Assembly (NCBI RefSeq): GCF_001194135.2
Contig: NC_068993.1
Location: forward strand, 19,636,091 to 19,700,090
Length of the DNA stretch: 64,000 nt
Origin: Octopus bimaculoides
Taxonomy: Eukaryota
Direction: 5' to 3'
Positions 52,838-64,000 of this stretch are shown here, piece after piece (within the stretch, counting starts at the first letter, position 1; each line of letters opens with the position of its first letter). The translations under genes and the position numbers were made by a program. The notes under the pieces were generated by a model. The model saw only the letters and a list, made by a program, of their open reading frames with translations, had not been told where the DNA came from and searched no databases.

Positions 52838-53984
52838 CTTTTCTGTTTGGTTAGGTTACCGTTTCTTTTGTAACTCTTTTTATTTACAAGTAGAGAATTT
52901 TAAAGCATTTTCTGACAGATTATGAACGTGCGTTTTCTGTTATTCACTCTTGGTCTCTAAATCCCCACATCTCAGTATTTTACGAGAAAAACACAGGAGA
53001 GATTTGTTAACAGCAAAACCGATAACAATTCGTAAAATAACTGTGAGATCCTATTCAGATATAAGGTCATTCTCAGTAAGTCTTCACCTTTCTCCAATTG
53101 ACGTGGAGTAATCCTAGGAAATCTTTAATGATTATGCGAATAGACCAAGCATTCAATTCTACTGATGTCGCTAATTTCACAAAACCGTTTTTCTCCATAT
53201 AGAGAAACATCAACGCAAGTAATTCGGGCACCCAGACCAATTTTCCTTACATATTCTTTCGGATGGAAAATTCATCTAGCAATATAAATTGATTTTCAGT
53301 TTATATGTAACCCGTTTCCTTTAGCAATCAATCTTCCCGATATTATTCGAATTATGTTTTCAAGACCTCTTGTGTGTGCTTAGTATTTCCTAACGTAACT
53401 TTGGCAGTGCTATTCTTTGAGTACTTCTACCTTATGATCATTTTCGGATATCGACTCAACATCTATCCCTTACGAAGCTATTCCTTACCCTGTTTTTTTG
53501 TTTTTTAATTTTATTCTGTTATTGTTATATATGTTAACTCAATGGTCGCCATTAGCGTTACTGTAGAAATTATTTTCCGATATCTACAAAGTATTAGTGT
53601 TAGGAGGTTATTATTCTTGCTATTGTCGTTAGTATTTACATAGATGCAACGTTTATTAAATGAAGGTGCGTGGCCAAATGTATTACACTCACGATCGTAA
53701 GATTGTTGTTTCGATTTCCTGACCGGGCGATGCGATGTGTTCATCAGCATAACACTTCATTTCACATTCGTCCTTCAGTTATAAATTACTTCTATCAATA
53801 AACTGGGAATTTAAACCTGCGTCCGACCAGAGTTCTGCTCAGGGGCAAGTGTTTTAATTTCATTCACTTACACGCCCTGGAAGTTAGGTTAAGTTTCCGC
53901 CTATTATTAGGCCTAGGAGCTCATGCCTGACTTAGACCTATAATGCTGTTAGTGTTTTGTTCCAGGTTAGTCCTAACCAAACAT

Positions 53985-54272
53985 TGGTTGAACAACGGCC
54001 GAGCACAAGTACTTGTACATTGTTGGGAGACCTTACTTGATCCTTCACAAAGCACCATCGATCGACACCTTCGTAAGTTCTGGGTCGTGAATAGACGTTG
54101 TCGAGAAGCTCCTCGTGGCTAGACCAATGACCAAGTGCAAACACGAGTGAACATATGCAAACCTAAATAGTGTCGGTGGACGTGTGGCTCGCGTTTGACT
54201 TCCCCTAGTAATTTGATACCGAAGCATCAACTGAAATTTTATTCCTCTCTGCCAGTACACACAGTGAGGATG
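53985..54272 (+). mobile_element. 288-bp mariner-relic fragment inserted in another repeat between 32-bp direct repeats
   Basis: Gap-free alignment to 55884-56171 with about 28 differences; flanks tgttttgttccaggttagtcctaaccaaacat (53953-53984) / tgttttgttccgggttagttctgaccaaacat (54271-54302). Confidence 0.9.
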
Positions 54273-55448
54273 TTTTGTTCCGGGTTAGTTCTGACCAAAC
54301 ATCTTATGATCAAAGGTATTCTAGATATAATCATCATTTTAGGTTTTTTTTTCAGGCACTAAATTCCATTACTCTACAAGCTGTTACCTTTTAAGAAATT
54401 TGAGAATTAATTTTTCTTTCAGTTCTACCTGAGTGTGAACCTGCACAGTTGCTCTCTAATTGGCTCCATCTAATATATATGATATTGATGATGCTGCAGA
54501 TAATGCTGGAGTTGTTGCTATGTGGTCAATATTTCGTGATAGATAAAATTAGTCGTATTTCTTTACCCATTCTCTGTAAGAGAAAGTTAGACGCCATTAC
54601 TAAAAGAAACATCTTCCATCGTCACCATTGTAGTCATGTAGAAATTAATTTCTGGTGTGAAAGCAGAAATAAATAAATAACAAACTTTCTTTATCCAAAT
54701 AGGAAAAGATATATCACAATTTAGCTGTCTTCCTCTACCTTCATAAACTAACTATAAAATATTCACAACAAATCGAAATTACGTTAAAAAAAAGTACTAT
54801 TATAGTAAGTCAAACATTCTACGGGAAGCTAACATCAACAGTAATAACCATAACCATAAGAAGAACAATAACAAGAAGTAAAGTAATGAATAATTAAAGT
54901 ACGAATAGTGAGTAAAATAGTATAAAAATAAATAAATATTTAGAAGGTAATAATGAGCAAGAAATACTCGAGTAAAAGACGGAGAAATAGAATGAAAAAT
55001 TAGCTACTGCACAGAAAATATATTTGGTGGAATGACAAAGGTGGCTTTGAAATGTTCTGCAACCATGTTGATTGGCCGGAAATTTAACACAGAATCGGGA
55101 AACTGACAGTAGTAACTCCGCATCAACAACTATAGACTGCATTGTAATGAAAAAAAAATTGATGAGTCAATGTGAGCGCCTTTATATGATCACTCGACTT
55201 GCTAAAAATAATTACTAAATCTACCTCAAATCAGGTGCTGCCATTTTAAAGAGAAAATAACAGTTGCTAATATATTTGTATGCATGCCCGCAAAAAGATA
55301 GGATAGTCATTGTTGGACTGTATCTGATGATAATTTTGCTTGATCACAATTGAATTGGAGCTAAAATATAATAAATGTAACACAAACAACCCTAGAAGGG
55401 AGGATGTAAATCATAGATGTTGAGTATATGTTGCATTTTATAAAAGAA

Positions 55449-55496
<48 letters not shown>

Positions 55497-55572
55497 ACAC
55501 ACACAAGATTGAGTCAAATTCTTTTTCATAACTTGCATCTCTGTGTTATATAATTAGTTTGGTGCAGCTTGT

Positions 55573-56171
55573 TATCCAATCGTTGGTGATTTTTTTTTTT
55601 CATAGATAACAAATAAACAGTAATTGTTCATTTCTAAATTCATAGTTTTGATAATGAATATTGAAAAATGGCTATTAGAGCCATTTTGCGTTACCTGTGA
55701 AGAAAAAAAAAACTGAGAGTAAGGGCAGCAACAAAAGAAATCACTGATGTGAGGACCCGGAAACTGCCAACAAACGTGTGGCACAAAACGGGTTCAGACG
55801 TTTCAACGAAGGTAATGTCAGCCTCGAAGACAAATCAAGCAGAGGGAGACGGTTTGTTGTGGAAGATGAGGCCATGTACGAAATGGTTGAACAACAGCCA
55901 AGCACAAGTACTTGTACATTGTTGGGAGACCTTACTTGATCCTTCACAAAGCACCATCAATCGACACCTTCATGAGTTCTGCCTCGTGAATAGACATTGT
56001 CGAGAAGCTCCTCGTGGACAGACCAATGACCAGGCGCAAACATGTATGAACATTTTCAAATCTAAATTGTGTTGGTGGAAGTGCGGTTCGCTTTTGACTT
56101 CCCCTAGTAATTTGATACCGAAGCATCAACTGAAATGTTATTCCACTCCGCCAGTACACACGGTGAGGATG
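55573..56171 (+). mobile_element. Second mariner relic (N-terminal HTH region, frameshifted)
   Basis: MAIRAILRY...VAQNGFRRFNEGNVSLEDKSSRGR...EMVEQQPSTST...PSQSTINRHLH...CREAPRGQT, the mariner SLEDxPRSGRP and VPHEL regions; catalytic domain absent. Confidence 0.8.
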
Positions 56172-56339
56172 CCTAGCATAAGCCACAAATGTTTTAAAGG
56201 CCTCGTTTATCTGTGTTGCTGTGCTACTATTTGTGTGATAACAACTACTGCTATAAAGAATGAAAAACGTAATAGCAGAGCACACCAACAATAAACCACT
56301 AATATTAATACTATCAACAGGGTTACGGCAAACATTATA

Positions 56340-56340
56340 G

Positions 56341-56419
<79 letters not shown>

Positions 56420-56478
56420 CTACTGCTGCTGCTACTACTGCTGCTACTGCTGCTGCTACTGCTGCTGCCACTGCTGCT
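56340..56478. repeat. Compound (ACT)n(GAT)n(GCT/ACT)n microsatellite
   Basis: Direct reading; source of ORFs 55944-56504 and 56335-56520. Confidence 0.95.
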
Positions 56479-58620
56479 ATAGTGTCTAACACCGATTTTA
56501 CCACTCCGCCATACCGTCATAAAATCATCACTGCTATTACTATCAACAACCCAGTTGCTTACACCAGCTGTTGTTCACACCATCCTACCATGTCTACCAT
56601 TGCTAGTCTCTATATCGCCGCAACTGCAATCCCCACCACCACCACCACCACCACCACCACCACTACCACCAGAAACCCAATAAAAATTTTAATTCATTGA
56701 CCATCATTTACATGTGTAAATAGCAACTGTGCCAATGAATGCCTCCAGTTTTATTAAATCCTATCCACAGAGCTTTAGATTGCTGGTGTTTTTTCTGTTT
56801 TCTACTTTTTATTTTTGTTTCCATTATATTTCAGTTTTGTTCATATTTTCTCCTTTTTGGAGGAGGTTTTAGGGTAGTAATGGCGAGTGGTGTGTAGACA
56901 TACGTTGCTAAATTTCTTTTCAATTAATTCCTTGTAATTAACTTTCAGCTGTTTTTTATGTATTTTTGTTTCATGATATAAAGCAATATCTCACATTTTA
57001 TGATACTGAACAGGTATGAAGAAACATTAGAAAAAAATGTTTTGTTTGGTTACGCATATTTACGTAGTGAGGTCAGTCCTGTGAGGATCAATATAATGAA
57101 ACTAGTCACATCGGGGCTTGATTTGCTCAACATACCGTTACGTCATTGTACCCGAAAGTATGACTATGACCAGTCAAATCACAATTATAATTAACAGTAT
57201 AATTAACAGTATAATTATAATTACGGTTTCAAGAATTTCATTTGAGCTTCTATGGTAAAGCCTGCTGCCATTACATGTTTCTGAAGTGTGAATATCATTG
57301 TCTTTTGGAGTGAATGATGCTCTTTTTTAATGTTGTCTCTCTTGTTATTTTAGTATTTTGTCTGTTTGTATAGAATGTGTTGAGTGATTTACGGTATTCT
57401 AATCTTTTATCTTTTTCTTTTTCTTTTTTTTTTTAAACATTTCCACCTCGATCATGAAAATTGAAAGTGTCATTCACAATGCATATTTTTCATGGACTGA
57501 AACTGCTGTATCAAATTCATTATGCCAATGTCAGGATGGTTGGCAGCGAACTCTATATTTGACAACAATAGTGTCCAACTCCCCAATACTGTATCTGGTG
57601 AATTCTCTTTGTACTTTTATTCAGAAGGAATGTTGTGATCTTCGCAAATTTTCCACTGAAAACAACTGCCTTTTTCATCTCAATGCATCACGATAGAGTA
57701 TCCTGTTAAAATATTCCTAATGGATTGCTCAATCTGCTAACAACATTATCTTTGTATATATTATTTATATTACCTATTCCGAAGATACTGACCTTGATAT
57801 AGATGTATTTAGAATGCGGTTTCTACTTTTGTGTATTAATTTTTTTCTCTTTTTATATGTAGCTTTTCTCATTCTGCATTCTCACATTCCGGTTGGTTAA
57901 TGTGTCTCGAGATCTGACTATGAATATCTTAACTGAAAAAGTATTTTTAATAATTTTTTCATTTACTTTATTTCTTTATTCCATCATTCTATTCTTTAAT
58001 GGGTTTTATTCAAAGGACTGTAGCAACACCTTAAAGAGTTTAATCGATCAGCACTTATTTCACATCGATACATATGTTATCGATCTCTATTTTTCGAAAA
58101 ATTAAGTTACGGGACGTAAAGAGACGCAATATAAACCACACCAGGCATAAATAAAAACAGGCATCTATCTATTTCTCGTATACAGAGAAATAGATAGATG
58201 TGTCGATAGACAGATTGATATATATATATATAAATATATATGGGAGAATGTACGAACAAAAAACAACAACATACGAGGACAGGTGGTGTAAACAACAAAA
58301 AGATGCAGTATCTTATGCCAATTGCATAAGACACTGCGCTGTGGACGCATTCCGAAAAATGTGACTGCAAAGCAAACGTCCTCTCCGTACAGTGATGTTT
58401 ATTTCTGAAGTGCTGATATTTGCTATCGTACTGTACCTTTTACACGTAATGTTCCGTTTCCCTCTGAATGAATTGTAGCTTCTCAGGTTTACACATTCCT
58501 CTATTATTTTTCACCGTATGCTCTCTTTTTAAAATGAAAATTGTAACCCTGAAAGTTATCAGCAGCAAAGAAAACTTTCTGAATTCGAGTATCTAGGAGA
58601 TATAATTCCATAATAACCTG

Positions 58621-58830
58621 GATGATGTGAAGGTTTGTGGCTCAGTGGTTAGGGTGTTCGGATCACAATCGTGATGTCGTGATTTCGATTCCTAGCGGCG
58701 TTGTGTCCTTGAGAAAAACACTTTATTTCACTTTTCTCCAGTTCACCCACCTGACATACATGAGTTGTATCTAGGATTCAAACGGCCAGGCTTGTCACAT
58801 TCTGTCACGCTGAATCTCCTTGAGAACTAC
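58621..58830 (+). mobile_element. SINE family B copy, degenerate and internally deleted
   Basis: tggctcagtggttaggg...gatttcgattcc...cttgtcacattctgtcacgctgaatctccttgagaactacg. Confidence 0.7.
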
Positions 58831-59755
58831 GTCACGCATACCTACATGTGCTACCAGGAAGTATTGCCCGTTTGGGATAATTACTGGAACATAGAAGTAA
58901 CTTGTCATTAGATGCACATTCCACTTACACTTGATTTCTTAACGTATTCTTAAGCGGGTTCAGTATAACTTTGTGATAAGGTATCGCATTTGAATAACTG
59001 TTTCAAACCATCTGACGAATTTCTTTGCAGTTTTCTTCTACCCAATTTCATTTAGAAGTCTTTGGTTGACTGGAAGCTACAGTAAAGTACACCTCTTAAT
59101 CAAGTTGCCCCTCGGTGAGATTATTTCGAGAACTCGTAGATGCAAAGCTATCTTCTTAGTCATTCGGCTATGCTGCATCCATATGTATGTGTGCATGTGT
59201 GTATATATGTATATATATGTGAGTGTATGTGTATATATACGTATATGTGTGTGTATATATAAAANNNNNNNNNNNNNNNNNNNNNNNNNNNNNNNNNNNN
59301 NNNNNNNNNNNNNNNNNNNNNNNNNNNNNNNNNNNNNNNNNNNNNNNNNNNNNNNNNNNNNNNNNNNNNNNNNNNNNNNNNNNNNNNNNNNNNNNNNNNN
59401 NNNNNNNNNNNNNNNNNNNNNNNNNNNNNNNNNNNNNNNNNNNNNNNNNNNNNNNNNNNNNNNNNNNNNNNNNNNNNNNNNNNNNNNNNNNNNNNNNNNN
59501 NNNNNNNNNNNNNCACACATACACATACGTATATAGATGGATGGATGGATGGAAGATTGGATGGATAGATGGATATGTTCTTGTTCTTATATATTTGTAT
59601 ACATTCATAAAATTTTTATCATTATAGTTGTCATCAACATCCAAGCAATTGTTGTTTTGCTTGTTGTTATTTTTGCTGTACCAACTATTATTCTTTGCTT
59701 CGAGGTGCTATTCTAAATGTGAAATTTATATCTTGTTTTTTATTTTCTTTTTCAG

Positions 59756-59786
59756 AGACATATTCTAAATCATTCGCATTTTGTAG
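59756..59786 (+). other. Candidate 31-nt micro-exon
   Basis: ttttttattttctttttcag|AGACATATTCTAAATCATTCGCATTTTGTAG|gtaagt; strong acceptor and consensus donor; two of three frames open (RHILNHSHFV, TYSKSFAFC). Confidence 0.4.
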
Positions 59787-59904
59787 GTAAGTAATTATCT
59801 CTCGTATATCAATTTTCATTTTCAGATTTATCGACCTTTATTATCTTCATATTTTATATCCTCTTCTTCTTCCTCCTCCTTATCATCATCACCCTCTTCA
59901 ACGC

Positions 59905-59940
<36 letters not shown>

Positions 59941-60060
59941 TATCTTCATCATCATCATCATCATCACTTTCCTGTGAACAAAGGCACCTATACAAAATGC
60001 TAGAATGTTAGAAATAACGATCAATTCCCCCTTAAACCACACCTTGTTTGTAGTATCTGT

Positions 60061-60120
<60 letters not shown>

Positions 60121-61178
60121 TACTCACACAAACATGCATACATACACAAGTCCCCCCCACACACACACACACACGGACAAATACACGCACACAAAGAAAA
60201 GACAATGAATTGGCACGGCTGTGACTTCTTTGAACACGTTTCTGTTTGATCTGATCTTGCCTGTGGCTAAATAACACAAATCGTCATTTTCATTCTACTT
60301 CTTTTCATCTTCCTCTTCCTTCTCTTTGTCATCGTCGTCGTTGTCATAGTTGTCGTCGTCATCATCATCATCATCATCTCAATCGTCAGTTCTTTTATAT
60401 GTCACCAGAAAAATTTAACACGTATTTGTCAGTTATCTACACCAACGTGTTAAATGATGATCAATTGTGATGATAATCTTGATCAGGAGGAGGGCGGTGA
60501 TGATGTTCTTGGTGATAATGATGATGGCTACAGTATGGATGGCAACACTGGTAATAACTATGATGATGGTGAGGACAAAAATGATTTTATTGTCCATGTG
60601 CATTTATATGCTTTATCTTGTATTGGTACTTTAACACTTACAAAATATCTAATCGTAGAAACCAAGTTTACCTCTTAAAGTACCTAAAACTAGCTTGTTT
60701 GCTGTGGACAAGCCTTGGCGACAATCATTGTCGTAGTCATTGTCATCATCGTCGTAGTCATCGTTTTGATTTCGTTTCATTGCATTTCTTTTTCGCAGTA
60801 TTTCTATTGGTTTAGCCCCAAAAAAGTGACTTATCCCTGTTGTCTTCCCATCAATCCAAGGTCTGCGAAATGAATGCTGTTAATTTCTTTTGGTGGCTGC
60901 AGGAGGGGAAAAAAAAACATGTTGGTCGAGAATTACAGAAAACCACCGTTCTAGCGTGATGAAGGACTGGACGTAGTTAGTCTAAGAACTGGTGGGTGAT
61001 TGCCACAACATGAGTGACAACGGTGAGATAGATATATAAGTAAAGAATTCATTCATGATTGAAGCTCGGTTCATATGTTAAGTGACTGCTTGCTAATCAG
61101 TCGAGTACCCTTTCTTTCGATGATAGGTAGAATATCTGAGTGTATAAGTGTGTGTGTGTGTGTGTATGTGTGTGCGTG

Positions 61179-61219
<41 letters not shown>

Positions 61220-61261
61220 GTGTGTGTGCGTGTGTGTGTGTGTGCGTGTGGGTGTGTGTGC

Positions 61262-61293
<32 letters not shown>

Positions 61294-61610
61294 AACTGTT
61301 CCATTCTAGGTTTTACCTCATCTCAAACGTTCATGGGAAACTGAGGTAATGTGTCGATCTGGAAAAGGACTGTTTTCGTGATGCAGGTTTTGATACGTTG
61401 AGCGCATGTGATTGACAAAATGGATTCTCATTCATAGTGACTCTTAACATGTGAATGATTCAGCTTGAGATTTACGTTCCCATATGATTTAGTTCGAGAC
61501 TTGCTATACCTGCATTCTCAGCTCTGTAAAGGGTTGGCCAAAAGTCACGCACAAAATAAGTTCTGTATGCTCCGGAGTTGTCAAAGACATGGTTAATTTA
61601 TCGACCCCGA

Positions 61611-62975
61611 AAGGATGTGGCTGTGCTAGACTCAAATGTTAATGCAGCATCATACAATAGATATAGATTTGGAAAGGCATCCTGTACGATAAGCAAAGAT
61701 CCAAAAATATCCAACAGTGTCATCATATTTTGTTTGGAAATGTATGCTTTAACCACAGTAAGTTCAGACAGCAAAATCGATTAATCGTAATTAACTAAAT
61801 TGCTCAAGGATTTTAAAGTATCAAAATTCAAAAATGTCTCGGAGATTGGTAGTAGACTTACCAAGGAAGAATATATGTTGTCCTTTTGCTCTGAAAATCT
61901 ATTATCTAGCTCTCCCAAGCTTTCATCGATGATGGCGAAATAAATTTTGCGGTGAAAGATTATCCAGTCATCTTGTGATGGTACTACAGCTTCAACAACA
62001 ATCTGAAAAACGTTGGGATCCGTGAGCTTTTCGATGCATGCATTCCTCAATAACAGTAAATTGAGTCATTTGTTTCAGAATCTCATCATATATTAAAGAG
62101 TCTCTCAGTTTGGTTCTGAGATTTGTGACTCTGAAGCTGTTTGTCTACTGGCCTAATTATATGAAAAAATTTGATAAGAACAAGGGCGAGAAAAACAAAC
62201 ATTTTGAAACGAACTTAATGTAAAATTCCAGTTGCCTCAATGCACATTGATGAATCTAATGAATCTGTGCACTCGGTTAACAAACCAACAATCTTGGAGT
62301 GATTTCCTATTACAGTAGCCATGGCATTGAAATGATGCGACCACCTATGGTCCATAAGACGAAGCAATTTCAATCCTTTGCATAGACCAGCTATCTTTGG
62401 CTCTTTAAAAAGTTTATGAAGAATATTAACGGTGTTGAAGAACGTAGCTAACTCCGGAATCCGCTTTATTGTGTTAATCACGACAAGATGCAACTGATGA
62501 TTAAAACAACGAACATAGGGTATGAGCTTTTCAAATCGATTCTGAATCTTTCTTTGAACGTCATCTATTTTTACAGACATCACAGGAGCACCATCGTAGC
62601 ATTATGACAACATACGCTTTGGGGCAATGGCAAGGTTGGTTAATTCCTTAATTAACAAGTCAGCCAATATTTCAGAATCATAATGTTAGGCACAAGGTCC
62701 GAAATTTTGGGGGAGAAGGCCAGTCGATTAGATTGACCCCAGTACGCAACTGGCAGTTAATTTATCGACCCCGAAAGGATGAATGGCAAAGCCGACCTCG
62801 TCGGAATTTGAACTCAGAATATAGCGACGGGTGAAATACCGCTAAGCATTTCGCCCGGCGTGCTAACGTTTCTGCCAGCTCGCCGCCTTCAGCATCGTAA
62901 TGTTGAGTAGTTGACATTGCAACTAACTTTTCTAGAACCCTGCTGTTTTTTAAGTAAATAAAATCAATCACCAAG
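61611..62975 (-). mobile_element. hAT transposase relic (ZMYM1/Buster-like), fragmented
   Basis: EKLVAMSTTQHYDA|EILADLL...CYDGAPVMS (second catalytic D), CFNHQLHLVV (CxxH), RWS, YFAIIDESLGELDNRFS, and dimerisation-domain AFPNLYLLYDAALTFESSTATSF (61678-61611); several stops and frameshifts. Confidence 0.88.
62688..62887 (-). mobile_element. SINE family A, full-length, nested in the hAT relic with 17-bp TSD
   Basis: TSD ttcagaatcataatgtt (62671-62687) / ttcagcatcgtaatgtt (62888-62904). Confidence 0.93.
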
Positions 62976-63812
62976 TTTTATCAATATATAAATTTTTAAA
63001 GTCAGTACTTTGGTTCCATATTCGGACTGAACTTTTCGGATCATATCCACATATGGCCAAATATTTGCTACGTTTTTGGTCCCCCTGAGTTTACTGACAG
63101 GACTTGCTAATAGGACTATTCTGATAGGATTTGCTTTCTATGTTGTGTCTATGTATAAGATTTTTATCTTTCTATACTTTCTACTTGGATTGTTTTATAT
63201 TTTTTTATATATTTTTTACATAATTATAGAGTCAATATTTTGTATTTTTCCACACATATTTTTCTGTTTTCTCCCTTCCACCCCGTTTTTTTCCTGTGCG
63301 TCTATAAACACGTACATGAAACCTTATGTGCGCGCTTGTGAATGTGTGCGTGTGTGCGGGTACGTGCGTATATAGATGTATGTGCGTGCATGCGAAAATA
63401 TGCGCATATTAGACGCGTTTTAACCTTATAGCTTTCCCGCACTTTCTTCTGTTTTTGCTTTTAGCCCTATAAAACTTTTTTTGCGTGTGTGTGTATGGGT
63501 GCAGGGTTGTTGTGTGCATGTGAGTGTGGGTGTGTATGCGTGTATATATATGTATATGTACATATATGTATAGTTTTTAGCGAGTATGTGGGTGAGTATG
63601 TGTGTTTCAAGCGAGGGTGGTTTAGTGTATAAATATAGGCGAATGTACGGATTGGTGCGCTTACGCGAACGCTACAGACTTCTCTACTCCCTTACTTTTA
63701 CCCCCCTCCTCTTACTTAGTAGTCTATAGCTCTTTTGTCTTAATGACGGTCAACCACACAGTGATTTCCCTTTGTTTAACGGTCATTTTTCACAGGAACT
63801 TTTAAATGGTTG

Positions 63813-63867
63813 GATAACTGAAGAGATGTTGGCTCCCATCCCGGTATCCGAAACTCGGAGTTTTATC
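63813..63867 (+). ncRNA. Type I hammerhead ribozyme-like motif
   Basis: GAUAA-CUGAAGA-(63825-63849, stem II region)-GAAA-CUC-G-GAG-UU-UUAUC: stem I GAUAA/UUAUC, stem III ACUC/GAGU with a 1-nt loop, cleavage triplet GUU (63860-63862); stem II pairing imperfect. Confidence 0.65.
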
Positions 63868-63961
63868 ATGGCTACTGAATAAGTGTCACATATTTTTACA
63901 GATAAATTCCACTATTTACATAATATCGAGGTCTCTTTCTTTCTTTTATTGTCCTTCCTAT

Positions 63962-64000
<39 letters not shown>

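Noticed and set aside
60454-60678. Acidic Asp/Gly-rich ORF
   Set aside because: Derives from decayed (GAT)n repeats

Overview
AT-rich, microsatellite-dense animal DNA with many N gaps. The SINE families present suggest a coleoid cephalopod, probably Octopus (inference). No intact host gene, tRNA, rRNA or CRISPR array can be supported, and almost all listed ORFs are artefacts of microsatellites or N gaps. The window reads as intergenic or large-intron DNA made of three tRNA-headed SINE families (several with clear TSDs), three Penelope-like (GIY-YIG) fragments, two mariner relics, a hAT transposase relic, a hAT MITE, LINE ORF1-like fragments and two gap-flanking assembly duplications. The most notable signal is two independent short insertions (185 bp and 288 bp), each copied in direct orientation from a decayed transposon 2-3 kb away and dropped into another repeat between unusually long (about 27-32 bp) target duplications with junction microhomology; one also has a fold-back palindrome. 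Also found: hammerhead-ribozyme-like motifs with dimer-type stem III (63.8 kb plus, 22.0 kb minus), several long hairpins, and two weak host-exon candidates (B-box-like at 52.7 kb, a 31-nt micro-exon at 59.8 kb).
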